A stretch of DNA of 64,000 nt, from the NCBI GenBank assembly GCA_964631145.1, contig CAZVXT010000001.1, forward strand, positions 127,151 through 191,150. Reading direction: 5' to 3'. Source of the stretch: an uncultured Candidatus Saccharibacteria bacterium (GTDB lineage: Bacteria > Patescibacteriota > Doudnabacteria > UBA920). The notes beneath the pieces were generated by a model. The model did no database searches. It saw nothing but the letters and a program-made list of their open reading frames with translations, and had not been told where the DNA came from. The translations under genes and the position numbers were made by a program. Position 1 is the first letter of the stretch. Each line of letters starts with the position of its first letter. Positions 30,678 through 40,581 of this stretch are shown in pieces.

Positions 30678-30926
30678 ATGTCTAACAATTATACGCCCGC
30701 TGTAGATGCTCAGTTAAATGCTTTAGTGACTATGGCAAATTTTTTTGAACATAGTAATAGCCGTGAACAAAATTTTAAATCATTGGTAGATGGACTTTTT
30801 GAAAAGTGGCCGGATTATTATCCTTATCATATAGATGATATGTTAGAGTGGATTAAGTCACGAAATTTACCAGAATGGGCTTTAAAAGTTTTTAATTCTA
30901 CCGTTGAAGAACATAGAATTAAGTAG
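30678..30926 (+). CDS. Hypothetical small protein (82 aa)
   Basis: AAGGAGGA SD 8 nt upstream. Followed by the terminator AGAAGTGT-tatt-ACACTTCTT + TTTTATTTT (30939-30969). Confidence 0.6.
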   Translation: MSNNYTPAVDAQLNALVTMANFFEHSNSREQNFKSLVDGLFEKWPDYYPYHIDDMLEWIKSRNLPEWALKVFNSTVEEHRIK

Positions 30927-30938
30927 TTGCAAAAATAT

Positions 30939-30969
30939 AAGAAGTGTTATTACACTTCTTTTTTATTTT
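30939..30969. terminator. Bidirectional terminator
   Basis: AGAAGTGT-tatt-ACACTTCT + T-run. Confidence 0.75.
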
Positions 30970-31013
30970 GAAAAATCAAGGTTTATTTAATCAACATGCA
31001 TTTATATAGCAAT

Positions 31014-31442
31014 TTATTTTTTGCAAGTTTTACATATCCCAAAAAATTCCAAAGCATGGTAATTAATTTTGGCGAAATTTCCTAATTTTTTGACCTCGTT
31101 TTCAATATTTGAAGTATCGCATTTAGAAACGTCCACCACTTTTCCGCAACTTTGACATATTAAGTGATGGTGATGTATCTCACTTACAAGTTCATAGTGA
31201 TTATGGTCATGCTGAAAATTAACAGTCCGTACTATATTGTTTTGTGTTAAAGATTGTAGGGTTCTATAAATGGTTGCCTGATCTATTGCTTCTGATGCTA
31301 GTCTTTCTTTTAGCTCTTTTACACTCAATGGTTTTTTAGAATTTGTTAAAGCATTTATGATGGCAAATCTTTCAGGTGTAGATTTAAGACCTGCATCCTT
31401 TAAGAGGGGACCGTATTTATCTTTAATAGAAAGTTTGTTCAT
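31014..31442 (-). CDS. Fur-family metalloregulator (Zur/PerR/Fur-like)
   Basis: 'HHHHLICQSCGKVVDV...C..C' metal site. N-terminal wHTH 'ERFAIINALTNSKKPLSVKELKERL'. Confidence 0.8.
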   Translation of the reverse strand: MNKLSIKDKYGPLLKDAGLKSTPERFAIINALTNSKKPLSVKELKERLASEAIDQATIYRTLQSLTQNNIVRTVNFQHDHNHYELVSEIHHHHLICQSCGKVVDVSKCDTSNIENEVKKLGNFAKINYHALEFFGICKTCKK

Positions 31443-31495
31443 ATAAATATATTATGAACCAAAATTATAAGCTTTTCAACTAGATGGTTTATAAA

Positions 31496-31568
31496 TGCGA
31501 ATAATACGCAATTATTTGACAAGCACAAAAACATAAATTATAATAATTGCAAGTAATTCGCAATTATG
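31496..31568. promoter_or_regulatory. Candidate Fur-family operator(s) in the divergent promoter region
   Basis: AATAAT-acgca-ATTATT palindrome (31500-31516). TAATTGC-n9-GCAATTA (31544-31566) overlaps a TATAAT -10 box (31539-31544) and the start codon. Direct repeat 'CGCAATTAT' x2. Confidence 0.45.
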
Positions 31569-32876
31569 GGAAAACTTTTAAAGAATACTAAATTTATTAA
31601 GCAATCTACTGGGTCCGAGAAATTCGACTCGTTTTTAAATATGATTGAGTCTAAGTTTTTAAAAGGCAATTTAAAAGAAAAAATTGTAATAAAAAAGTTT
31701 GCTAATAAAGATGTTATAGATATTAGTTCTGCGACCTCTATGAATATTTTCCATGATTTTATAGAGCCAAAATTAAAAGTAAATTTAAAAAAAGATTCTT
31801 TGGGGATATTAGAAAAGATTCATTCTTATCCTTATCTTATACAACGCGACTTTAAACTAGAAAATAATTTTATTAACTTTATAAAAAAGTGGACTGGTTT
31901 GAGTATTAAGCAGGAAGAAATTTTTATAGCCCCTAATGGGGTTTATGGATCGTATAAAACTATATTATTGTCGCAGCAGGCGCCGATTGTTTTTGTACCT
32001 GAGGTAATACATCAGATAAATAAAGCGGCTTTTACAAGTTTAGGCAAACAAGTTATAGAAATTCCTAATATTTTAGAAACTGGTTTATTAGACTTAGATT
32101 TTTTGGATAAAAATTTAAAAAAGCTAAGTGATAAAACCGCTTGTGTTTATATTTATCATTCAAAGCCAGTTTTACCTATTACTAAATCTTATTATTTAAA
32201 ATTAGCTAAGATCTTAAAAAAACATAATGTACTGGGAATAGTCGATATAGATTCTTGGTATACAAATCATATTGCTGGCGTTACCGCGTGGCTACCATTT
32301 GCTATTCGAGAATTACGCAAACAATGCTTATTTCTTTTTACAATGACGAAAGAATTGGGGGCGCCAGGTTTGAGAGTGGGGATTGGTGTTGGTCCAAAAA
32401 ATGTTGTGAGTAATATTAAGAAATTTCAACAAGTTAGCTTAGAGATGACTTCTTCAGTCACTAATTATTTAACTGGATTAATTTTACGTGACGTGGATAT
32501 GGACAAAATTAAAACTGAGCTTCAGCTCCGCATGAAAACTTTAGTTGAAGGATTGCGTCATCTTGGTTTTCGAGCAGTGTACCCACCGGTAGGAGTTAAT
32601 TTCTTTTTGCATGTCCCAGATAGTTTTGAGAGTTCTAATAGTGTGTTGCCTGACCACCTCTTTGCGTATTATGTCCTTACCAGAGCTAAGGTACTGCTTC
32701 GCCCTGCATCTAATCATGGGTATAGGATGAATCATTGGGTGCGTTTTGTTATTGGTCAACCTGTCTCTAAAATCAAGGAAGTTTTGGAGAGATTAGAGAA
32801 GGCTGGGATCAGGGGTGATATGGCGATGCCTAAAGATTTGATTACCGAGTACAAGAATTTTATTGCAAAATCATAA
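31566..32876 (+). CDS. PLP-dependent aminotransferase-like protein (class I/II fold, divergent) with an N-terminal extension
   Basis: 'TMTKELGAPGLRVGIG' resembles the SxSKxxGxxGxRxG PLP-lysine motif. 'VDIDSWYTN' resembles the D..Y motif. This is a weak assignment. Confidence 0.4.
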   Translation: MGKLLKNTKFIKQSTGSEKFDSFLNMIESKFLKGNLKEKIVIKKFANKDVIDISSATSMNIFHDFIEPKLKVNLKKDSLGILEKIHSYPYLIQRDFKLENNFINFIKKWTGLSIKQEEIFIAPNGVYGSYKTILLSQQAPIVFVPEVIHQINKAAFTSLGKQVIEIPNILETGLLDLDFLDKNLKKLSDKTACVYIYHSKPVLPITKSYYLKLAKILKKHNVLGIVDIDSWYTNHIAGVTAWLPFAIRELRKQCLFLFTMTKELGAPGLRVGIGVGPKNVVSNIKKFQQVSLEMTSSVTNYLTGLILRDVDMDKIKTELQLRMKTLVEGLRHLGFRAVYPPVGVNFFLHVPDSFESSNSVLPDHLFAYYVLTRAKVLLRPASNHGYRMNHWVRFVIGQPVSKIKEVLERLEKAGIRGDMAMPKDLITEYKNFIAKS

Positions 32877-32959
32877 TTGCATAATATATAAAATATCATG
32901 TGCTCAATAGTAATTGATAACATGTAATTTATATATTAAATATTTTAATGGAGGAACAT

Positions 32960-34417
32960 ATGGAAGTTTTGTGTATTTTAGGCACTTTAGGTAGCGGTAA
33001 AACTACTGTTTTAAATCACATTTTGCCAACATGGTCAGATAAACGTGTTTTGGTTGTAGTAAATGATGTTGGGACAGTAAATGTTGATGTTAAAAGAATT
33101 AACCATTCGGGTGAAGTGAAAGCAATGACAGCAGGTTGTATAGGGTGTAACGATTTCGCTGCGTTTCAAAAACTTTTTTTAGAGGCAATTAATAGTGGTA
33201 TCGAATTGTTGATTATCGAGCCTACAGGAATTGCTGATGGTAGAGAGATTGTTCAAGCTGTTAGTGCTCAACAAAACTGTGAAGTCTATTGTTTAACTCT
33301 TGTAGATGTTGCTCATTTCTATAGAAATCGAGCATTAAATACTTTACCAACTCAGATTGAAGTGGCAAATGATATATTATTAACTTGGACTTCAGCAGAA
33401 TCAAGTTTATACAACCAAGTCTTGGATTATATTGCTAGATATTCATTAGGTGCTCGTATAAATGAGATTGATATAGATGATGTTGATGGTTTGCAAAGAC
33501 TTGTTGCTCAAATGTCTCGTAATAAAATCGTTAATTTTAAGTTTGAGAAAGATAATAATTCACATAATCATTCTAATCACGGGGTATATGCTTACAGTAT
33601 TGCTTTTAAAGATACGATTACTTTTGCGGATTTGGTTTTATCTATAATTCCATATAAAGACATTTTGCTTAGAGCTAAAGGATTGGTTGCGGGTAGAGAG
33701 TTTGATTTTGTTCAAGGAGATTTGGTGCAAAGGGGGTTTAGTAATGGTTTATCTGCAGGCAATTTTATTTCTAATCAACCGTTGCCGGAAAATGCTTTTT
33801 CTAATATCCGAGATTTGGTTGTTACTGATCAGCGTAATAAGAAGCAGAGAATGCAAAGTTCTGATGACATACCGCTTAAGGACACTCTTGCAGCAATAGA
33901 CTGGCAATTAGGACAATACCCATCAGTAGAGGGGAATGGATTTTTGCGTGTAGATTTTGAAGCCGATGTTGCTTATCAAATTTCTAAGCGACCAGGTGTT
34001 CCGACTAAAATTTGGCAACAAGTATTACAAAAGTATTTTTATATGAGAGTTTTGGCAGGAAATCAAATTGTTTCTGGCAAATGGGATAGTCATCCAGATC
34101 TTCCATATTGGAAGCGTAGAGTTGGGATGAACTTGGCTTGGCATATGAAAAACTATTCTAATGATTTAACAGATGATCTTTGTATGTCAGCTATGCAGTT
34201 AAACCCGTCTTCTATGGCACTAGATGGCTTGCGACAAATAGAATCCTTGTCTTTTGTAGAAGAGATGGCGGAAGAAAGACCGGAGATTATTAAGGAGGTA
34301 ATAGAGTTTGGTAGTAAGTTTGAAAACTTAAAAAATGCGGAAGATGTAATTTTGAGATGTATTGATCTAGCGGAACAAAACCCTGAATGGAAGGCTCGTT
34401 GGCAGAAGCTGCTTTAA
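32960..34417 (+). CDS. COG0523 / CobW-like G3E GTPase (putative zinc metallochaperone) with a long C-terminal extension
   Basis: Walker A 'GTLGSGKTT'. 'AGCIGCNDF' (GCxCC-like). 'IIEPTGIADG' (ETTG-like switch). GGAGGA SD ends 4 nt before the ATG at 32960 (the track start 32948 lies inside the SD). Confidence 0.7.
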   Translation: MEVLCILGTLGSGKTTVLNHILPTWSDKRVLVVVNDVGTVNVDVKRINHSGEVKAMTAGCIGCNDFAAFQKLFLEAINSGIELLIIEPTGIADGREIVQAVSAQQNCEVYCLTLVDVAHFYRNRALNTLPTQIEVANDILLTWTSAESSLYNQVLDYIARYSLGARINEIDIDDVDGLQRLVAQMSRNKIVNFKFEKDNNSHNHSNHGVYAYSIAFKDTITFADLVLSIIPYKDILLRAKGLVAGREFDFVQGDLVQRGFSNGLSAGNFISNQPLPENAFSNIRDLVVTDQRNKKQRMQSSDDIPLKDTLAAIDWQLGQYPSVEGNGFLRVDFEADVAYQISKRPGVPTKIWQQVLQKYFYMRVLAGNQIVSGKWDSHPDLPYWKRRVGMNLAWHMKNYSNDLTDDLCMSAMQLNPSSMALDGLRQIESLSFVEEMAEERPEIIKEVIEFGSKFENLKNAEDVILRCIDLAEQNPEWKARWQKLL

Positions 34418-34438
34418 TACAAATCCAATTAATTTACA

Positions 34439-34470
34439 TAGACATGGGATTATATTCCATGTCTTTTTGT
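34439..34470 (+). terminator. Terminator
   Basis: AGACATGG-gattatatt-CCATGTCT + TTTTGTT. Confidence 0.65.
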
Positions 34471-34482
34471 TATACTTAATTA

Positions 34483-35652
34483 ATGAATAAGCATTTTTCT
34501 CTTCAAAAAATATTACTAATAATTTTTGGCGTTTTATTGGTTTTAGGTTTGATTATTTTTCAACAGCATTCACCAAATCAATTGTCTTTTCAACGTGATA
34601 ATGCCAGTTTTGACACCTCTACATTTAATAGTTATGAGCGTGGGGTTGTAGATCAGATTTTGGAAGAAAGAATTGATCATGGTCCGCAAAATAAATTATT
34701 ATACCAAAATTTAGATATAGTAATTTTATCCGGAGAAAATTCTGGTAAGAACATCCAAACACAGTTTACTCAAATTTTGGACGCGGCTGAGGGTGTAAAA
34801 TTTAAATCTGGTGACAGGGTTGTTTTGGGCAGGCTGTTGATGCCTCCAAGTGAGGATGCTTCTACGGAGTATGTGATTGTAGATCGTTACAGAATGAATG
34901 GATTGGTTTTTGCAGCTTTGTTATTAGTGCTACTTGCCTTTATATTTGGTAGAAGTAAAGGTTTGCTTTCTGTCTTGGGGTTAATTATTACAACTTTAAT
35001 TTTGGTATTTTTTACTGCACCACAGTTGCTGGCGGGTAAAAATGCAATTTTAGTATCAGGAGTTTCTGCGGGTCTAATTGCAATTGTTACCATGTTAATT
35101 GCTCATGGGTTTAATACTCGCACCAAAATTAGCATATTGAGCACGCTGGCTTCACTAGCTTGCGCTATTGGGCTATCTTATATTTTAGTATTTGTTGTAA
35201 AATTATTTGGTTTGGGTCAGGCTGATGCATTTGTACTGCAAACTGGTTATTTAGGTTCAATTAATTTACAAGGATTATTGTTGTCCGGATTAATTATTTC
35301 TTTATTGGGCGTGCTCGATGATGTAACCACAGCTCAAACTGCTACTGTAGACGAGTTGTTAAAAGCAAATGACCAGTTTACTTTTAAGCAGTTGTTTAAT
35401 GCAGCTATGTCAGTTGGTAGAGAACACATTGCTTCCTTGATTAATACATTAATTTTAGTATATGTTGGGGCTGGGTTACCTTTATTTTTATTATTGGTTT
35501 CGGCAACTAATCAGCCTTTATGGGTCTTATTAAATAGTGAAAATATTGCCGAAGATATAGTAAGAGCAGTGGCTGGAAGCAGTGCTCTTATTTTGGCAGT
35601 GCCTATAAGTACTATTATGGCGGTTTATTTTTACAAAAAGAATCGTAAGTAG
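34483..35652 (+). CDS. YibE/F-family-like polytopic membrane protein
   Basis: N-terminal TM, ~120-aa external domain, then ~7 TM helices. Topology and size match the YibE/F family. Confidence 0.45.
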   Translation: MNKHFSLQKILLIIFGVLLVLGLIIFQQHSPNQLSFQRDNASFDTSTFNSYERGVVDQILEERIDHGPQNKLLYQNLDIVILSGENSGKNIQTQFTQILDAAEGVKFKSGDRVVLGRLLMPPSEDASTEYVIVDRYRMNGLVFAALLLVLLAFIFGRSKGLLSVLGLIITTLILVFFTAPQLLAGKNAILVSGVSAGLIAIVTMLIAHGFNTRTKISILSTLASLACAIGLSYILVFVVKLFGLGQADAFVLQTGYLGSINLQGLLLSGLIISLLGVLDDVTTAQTATVDELLKANDQFTFKQLFNAAMSVGREHIASLINTLILVYVGAGLPLFLLLVSATNQPLWVLLNSENIAEDIVRAVAGSSALILAVPISTIMAVYFYKKNRK

Positions 35653-35791
35653 TTAAGATTTTTAATGCAGTTTTAATGATGCTGTTTTTTAATTGACCAA
35701 TTTAGAGCAAGGTGGAAAACTTATCTAGCCATAGTCAGATAAGTTAATTATAATTTAATTAACATAATTGTGATTTACAGATTTCAAAATA

Positions 35792-36592
35792 ATGCAACAA
35801 CCTTCTATTCAACCAAAGAGTGCTAAGAATAAAACTGGCGCGAAGTTTTTAATTAAAATTGCAGAAGCAGTAGGAATTGAAGCAGGGTATTCTGCTACAA
35901 CTGCGTGGTTTGCAGAGCGCATGCTACTGGCAAGCTTTGCTTTGGCGGTATTATCTTTTGCTGCCGGTGCAATGTTTGTCCTAAAATTATCCGAGCCTAT
36001 TGGCGATAGTGTAATCTATAGTGCAGCAGCACGCAGGGCTAGTTTGGCTGAAGATGGGGTAAAAGTGTTTTCTCAGCAAGTTATTGATGTGGCTTCTCCA
36101 GTGTTTGGTGGCTTGGTCAAAGAAAATCGTGAAGAAGTGGATTCTAAAGTAGAGCAGTTGGCAATCCGTAAAGATAAGCTTCGAGCATATTTAGCTTCTA
36201 AGAAGTCTCCATTTGTAGATGATGAGGCAACTTTAGATGCCTTTGCTCAATCTAAAAATATGAAGATGATGGTGGCTATTTCTTTTGTCGAAAGTACTTT
36301 TGGAAAAAATTGCTATTACTTTAATTGTAGTGGTATTGGTGGCACACCTCCTAAGCTGCGAAAATATAATAGTTATGCAGAATGGGTAAAAGATTTTGAT
36401 AATCTATTAGAAAGCCGTTACAAAAATGTTCCCCCAGAGGATTTTATTGGTTTGTATGTACAACCAGGAAGTCCTAATTGGATTTATGGGGTAAAGCAGG
36501 TGTTGCGTGAATTTGAAGAACAAGGTATTGCTCAAAATCCAAACAAGAATCACCATAATGGTCGCGTCGCTGGAGAGAGTGTGGGGCAGTAA
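35792..36592 (+). CDS. Membrane-anchored protein with a FlgJ-type glucosaminidase-like motif (putative peptidoglycan hydrolase)
   Basis: 'MVAISFVESTFGKNCYYFNCSGIGG' resembles the glucosaminidase ESgwG...NNlFG motif. This is weak. Confidence 0.3.
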   Translation: MQQPSIQPKSAKNKTGAKFLIKIAEAVGIEAGYSATTAWFAERMLLASFALAVLSFAAGAMFVLKLSEPIGDSVIYSAAARRASLAEDGVKVFSQQVIDVASPVFGGLVKENREEVDSKVEQLAIRKDKLRAYLASKKSPFVDDEATLDAFAQSKNMKMMVAISFVESTFGKNCYYFNCSGIGGTPPKLRKYNSYAEWVKDFDNLLESRYKNVPPEDFIGLYVQPGSPNWIYGVKQVLREFEEQGIAQNPNKNHHNGRVAGESVGQ

Positions 36593-36657
36593 AATAGCTA
36601 CCTCGGGCTGAAATCTGGATCCTTTAATTTCCGATTAAGAACTAAAATAAATAATAT

Positions 36658-36692
36658 TAAAAACCCCATTGGAAACGATGGGGTTTTGGTTG
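36658..36692 (+). terminator. Terminator
   Basis: AAACCCCAT-tggaaacg-ATGGGGTTT + TGGTTG. Confidence 0.7.
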
Positions 36693-37031
36693 TGCATTGC
36701 TAACTTATCATTAAAAAGTGTGTAATAAAACCAATGGTGGTAGAAATTTTCTACAATTCAAATACATTTAGAAAACTTTAGTTTAAGAGTGGTTGTATGG
36801 AGTGACCTTACTTTAGTCTTTGGACTAGATAAAAGTCTCCGTCAATAATATAGCTGAAAGTTGTCCAAGAATTTTTAGATTTTTCTTAGTTTAAACTATT
36901 AGAGATAGTTATATGGTTAAATGAAATGATGAATATGCCAGCGAATCATTGCCCTGAAAACTGAGTTTATTTTTTTTGGTGTGGAAGGTTTTTGCTCATA
37001 ATCTATGCAAATAAAAAGGGCAATTACATTA

Positions 37032-37622
37032 TCACACTTCTAAGTTAATTTTCTCTATCCTGTATAGTTCTGGATGGTTTTTATGTCGTGCTGAGTTGTT
37101 GCTCCATCTAAGAGCAGAATAACCATTTATTATCCCGTGGGCACACCATCGTGGGTCGGTTATGAGAAATCCAAATGATGGTTTATTCCATAAAATCAAC
37201 GAAGCCATAAACTTAAACCAACTACTTTCATTTAACACAGTGGGGAAGTATCCATGGAATGAACGGTTTGTTTTGTATATCCAGAGATGTTTTCCAAGAT
37301 TATGGTCAGGGTGGGAAGTAATTTGTAAAACTTCTAATATGTTGCTACCCAAGAAATCTACCAATGGTAAATGCCCAAGTAAGTTTTTAGTGGAATCATA
37401 AACTCTTGACTGTAGGGCAAATTCGTATCCTGGTTTTAAGCTGGTTATATGTAAATTTAAAAATTTTTCATCTACATTTGAAAATCTTGTAAGAAATACT
37501 TCGCGGCTTTGATCGGTGTTGGTTTCTGATTGGTATTCGTATTTAGAGAACTCTAAAAAATGGCTCGGAGGGATTAAGTCCCTTAAGCATTTAAGAAAAT
37601 GTATAGGATGTTTTTTCCACAT
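37032..37622 (-). CDS. Hypothetical protein (196 aa)
   Basis: ORF only; no motif recognised. Lies in an AT-rich island-like region. Confidence 0.45.
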   Translation of the reverse strand: MWKKHPIHFLKCLRDLIPPSHFLEFSKYEYQSETNTDQSREVFLTRFSNVDEKFLNLHITSLKPGYEFALQSRVYDSTKNLLGHLPLVDFLGSNILEVLQITSHPDHNLGKHLWIYKTNRSFHGYFPTVLNESSWFKFMASLILWNKPSFGFLITDPRWCAHGIINGYSALRWSNNSARHKNHPELYRIEKINLEV

Positions 37623-37901
37623 ATATTAAACCTCGCTTTTAAGTTGATGATTAAGTGTATCAAATAAAGAGGGTCGATGCAATTAAACAATGATAATCTA
37701 AAACACCACTTTTCAGTGGTATTTTGTATGTATAAATCAAGTGTTATAACACTACTTAGCCATTCACTTCACTTTACCATTTTCGGCATTGCCTCTATGT
37801 ATTCTGATGTTTTTTTCAGCAATGGTAATGTTGGCTGCCTGTCGGTGCTTCGCTCAGCGGTATCGCCTACAATTTTCACTTTGCTAAATTGAATTGAGAA
37901 T

Positions 37902-37976
37902 CTCACTTCGTTCGATTCCTCTATACCTACACCAATAATAAAACACCAGACAAGCTGATGTTTTATTATTGGTAGC
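37902..37976. repeat. Direct repeat copy 1 (~75 bp; 67-nt block identical to 40515-40581)
   Basis: 'CTCACTTC..GTTCGATTCCTCTATACCTACACCAATAATAAAACACCAGACAAGCTGATGTTTTATTATTGGTAGC'. Contains the hairpin CCAATAATAAAACA-n13-TGTTTTATTATTGG. Ends with GGTAGC (= the tRNA 3' GCUACC...). Confidence 0.85.
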
Positions 37977-38203
37977 CCGAGACGGGAAGCGGTTCGAATT
38001 TTAGAAAGAATTGTGAAAAAACTTTACAAGCTTTTCAAAGATGGAGGAAGCTTCAAAAATGAGTAAAGAGTGTAAAGATTACGTTACTCTAAAAAGTCAA
38101 GGTATATTATCAAAAGTAGTATGTCTAGACTTAAATATATAAACAAGTATTCCACTCTGATTTGGTAAAGTATTTTTCTTGTTATGCTATAACCTTAGAA
38201 TGT

Positions 38204-39334
38204 CTAATCTTTTTTAAAACCTGCCCAACTGTCTATTGGTAATTCTATATGGGGAATATTCGGTATTGCATAATCAATATTTTTGTTTCCAAAATTTTGA
38301 ATTACAAATTTAATTCTACTATATGGATTTTCGTGGCATTTTTTAAATTTTTTACCGCTTTTGCAACCGCACAAATCATTTCTACCTAAACCCTTGTATT
38401 GACTAAAGTTCATAAGTTCTAGCATGTCAAAAGCTTCTTTATCAATTGGGTCGTAGAATACTTCTTTCTTTTTTATCGCTCCAGTTGTATATCCATTAGG
38501 ATTTCCACCTGCGTATATTTGCGTAGGTGATGAAAACCTAAAATCTTTATGAGCTTGTTCGACTCGTTCTTGTTTTTTTGCAATACTTTTTATATAAGAG
38601 TTATTTATTATTGACCTATTCACGTTGATTAATTCATTTTCACTAAGTAAGTTAATTTTTTCTGCTATGAAATTCAATTTTGCAGAATTCCAATATGCAA
38701 CGTAGAAGCTAGCGTTGACTGGGATAAGAACTAAGGTTTCTGTTAATCCAATATGTCGATTGCTAACATCGAAAAATCTAGATTTTATTCCAGTTGCGAC
38801 GGTTGAAATAAATTGATCACTCATTAAGAAGTCGTCACTGCTTTCAATTATCCCGCAATTGTAAAAATTTTCTAAAATTTTAGAAAGACTTTGGATGTAT
38901 TCAATATTCAAAATTTTTTTTGTGAGTAAAGGGATTTTATGATCACTGTTTCCACTAGCAAATTCAGTGAGTAAAGCCCCGCTTCTATAATAAAATACTA
39001 ATAACTTTGGGAGCATCTTTGTTAAACACTTCTTTATATCTGCAAATTCTTTAGCACCATTTTTAACATCCGAAATAACGCTAAGTAATTCTGCCATTTC
39101 ATTTATTGCTTCATTGTCTAATTTGGCAAATTGGTTTTCTAATTCATTTTTTTCTAGTGCTTCATGTTCGTATACAAATGTTTCTGACATTGAATTACTA
39201 GGACTGGTTGGGTAGATTTTTGATTTAGATAACAGTATTTCAAATATCTGACCTTTTTCATTAGTAAAAAAACTAAGCAACCCCTCAGGTATGTAATGTT
39301 GGTTTTTTACTACGTTAGAGTTTTTTAAAGCCAT
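38204..39334 (-). CDS. DUF4238-like protein with a C-terminal SEC-C zinc-binding motif
   Basis: N-terminal 'NQHYIPEGLLSFF' (conserved HY motif of DUF4238). C-terminal 'GRNDLCGCKSGKKFKKCH' (SEC-C motif). No SD. Confidence 0.5.
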   Translation of the reverse strand: MALKNSNVVKNQHYIPEGLLSFFTNEKGQIFEILLSKSKIYPTSPSNSMSETFVYEHEALEKNELENQFAKLDNEAINEMAELLSVISDVKNGAKEFADIKKCLTKMLPKLLVFYYRSGALLTEFASGNSDHKIPLLTKKILNIEYIQSLSKILENFYNCGIIESSDDFLMSDQFISTVATGIKSRFFDVSNRHIGLTETLVLIPVNASFYVAYWNSAKLNFIAEKINLLSENELINVNRSIINNSYIKSIAKKQERVEQAHKDFRFSSPTQIYAGGNPNGYTTGAIKKKEVFYDPIDKEAFDMLELMNFSQYKGLGRNDLCGCKSGKKFKKCHENPYSRIKFVIQNFGNKNIDYAIPNIPHIELPIDSWAGFKKD

Positions 39335-39466
39335 TAGTTAAAAAAGACAAATTAAGGGATTTCTATTTGATTTTACCTGTCCAAAACAAAATTTAGAAAA
39401 TATTGACATATTTGTTCTACTTATAGAATTATAGAAATAAATAATAGAAAGTTGTAAGAATTTAAA

Positions 39467-39949
39467 CTAGAAAATAAATACAGAGCTAACAATTAATAAA
39501 CCAATAATCCCTAAACCAAGAGATGCTATTTGTAACTTCAAAATACTATCAGATGTATTCTGAGGTAGCTTGTTAAAAGTTATATTTACTAAGCTGTTAA
39601 TTTTTTCTTGACTATCAACAACCCTTTTTGAAATGGCTTCTGCTATGCTTTCTGCTGCTGTAGCCCAGTCGCCAAAAAATCTGCGATCTTTTATAAAAAT
39701 CGATACACCTAAACCCATTGAAATAATAAATGAAGACCAAGAAAGTACCAATATTATTTTAAATATTTGGCTTAAATCTACTTCTAAATTATCCTTTTGC
39801 AATACAAATAGTGAAGCTGTTAAAAAGACAGTGGCAACAAGTATTAATTGTCTAACCGCTTCTGTCTCTGAATCGTTAAGTGCTTTTACATAATGATCTC
39901 TAACTGATTCATATTTATTTTTTTGTTTATTTAATTCTTCTGGTGTCAT
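39467..39949 (-). CDS. Small 3-TM membrane protein (160 aa)
   Basis: Three predicted TM helices ('LILVATVFLTASLFVL', 'IILVLSWSSFIISMGLGVSIFI', 'IASLGLGIIGLLIVSSVFIF'). Confidence 0.5.
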   Translation of the reverse strand: MTPEELNKQKNKYESVRDHYVKALNDSETEAVRQLILVATVFLTASLFVLQKDNLEVDLSQIFKIILVLSWSSFIISMGLGVSIFIKDRRFFGDWATAAESIAEAISKRVVDSQEKINSLVNITFNKLPQNTSDSILKLQIASLGLGIIGLLIVSSVFIF

Positions 39950-40368
39950 AATGATTTATTTGCTATTTTCTTCTTCTGGCACTCCGGGAAGGTCTGGTAT
40001 TGACGGGCGAGCGTGACCCTTTTTTTCGTCATCTTGAATCATATTGGTAATAATCATGGCTTGTGAATGATGAGGTGCTTATCATGGATAGAATTTCTAT
40101 ATCCATTAATGGTTTAGTGAATTGTTATTGTCTTACATATCTTATTTTACCCTCTAGGTAAATTCTCGCAAGCCCTTGCCAGATTTAGACTTATGTGCGG
40201 AAATAAATAGACGACAGTTGCGTATTTCGGCAACTTTTTACCGCTATTTTTATTATGAGATTCAAGTTAGGCTAAATACATACTGATCAGTATAAATATT
40301 AAAAAACTAGGAGAAGTGCGTGAATAGGGGTAGAAATCAAAAAACCCCTTTTCGTGATAGATAAGTTT

Positions 40369-40395
40369 TTTTATTGGTAGCGCTGCGGGGAATTT
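40369..40395 (-). repeat. Remnant of the tRNA-Glu 3' end (att-like partial duplication)
   Basis: 'TTATTGGTAGCGCTGCGGGGAATTTCG' matches the genuine tRNA 3' end at 40571-40597 at 24 of the first 25 positions. Confidence 0.6.
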
Positions 40396-40501
40396 CGCCT
40401 TGCTTGCCTCTGGCAAGCTTCGTTGTCCTGGGTTGCAAAGAACTTCCACAGGAAGTTCTTTGATCGTTCGCTGCGACTTGGGCTTACGCTCCCAAGTCTA
40501 G

Positions 40502-40581
40502 CTCACTTCAACCCGTTCGATTCCTCTATACCTACACCAATAATAAAACACCAGACAAGCTGATGTTTTATTATTGGTAGC
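40502..40581. repeat. Direct repeat copy 2 (~80 bp), overlapping the 3' end of tRNA-Glu
   Basis: Identical to copy 1 over 67 nt, plus 'CTCACTTC' with a 5-nt indel. Confidence 0.85.

Noticed and set aside
37960-37990. tRNA-like fragment 'GGGAAGCGGTTCGAATT' after repeat copy 1, considered as a second tRNA gene
   Set aside because: No complementary T-stem and no acceptor or anticodon arms could be built on either strand. It is treated as a degenerate remnant only.
40267-40449. ORF (60 aa, minus strand) inside the islet's non-coding segment
   Set aside because: It spans the tRNA remnant and palindromes, and has no SD. It is likely non-coding.
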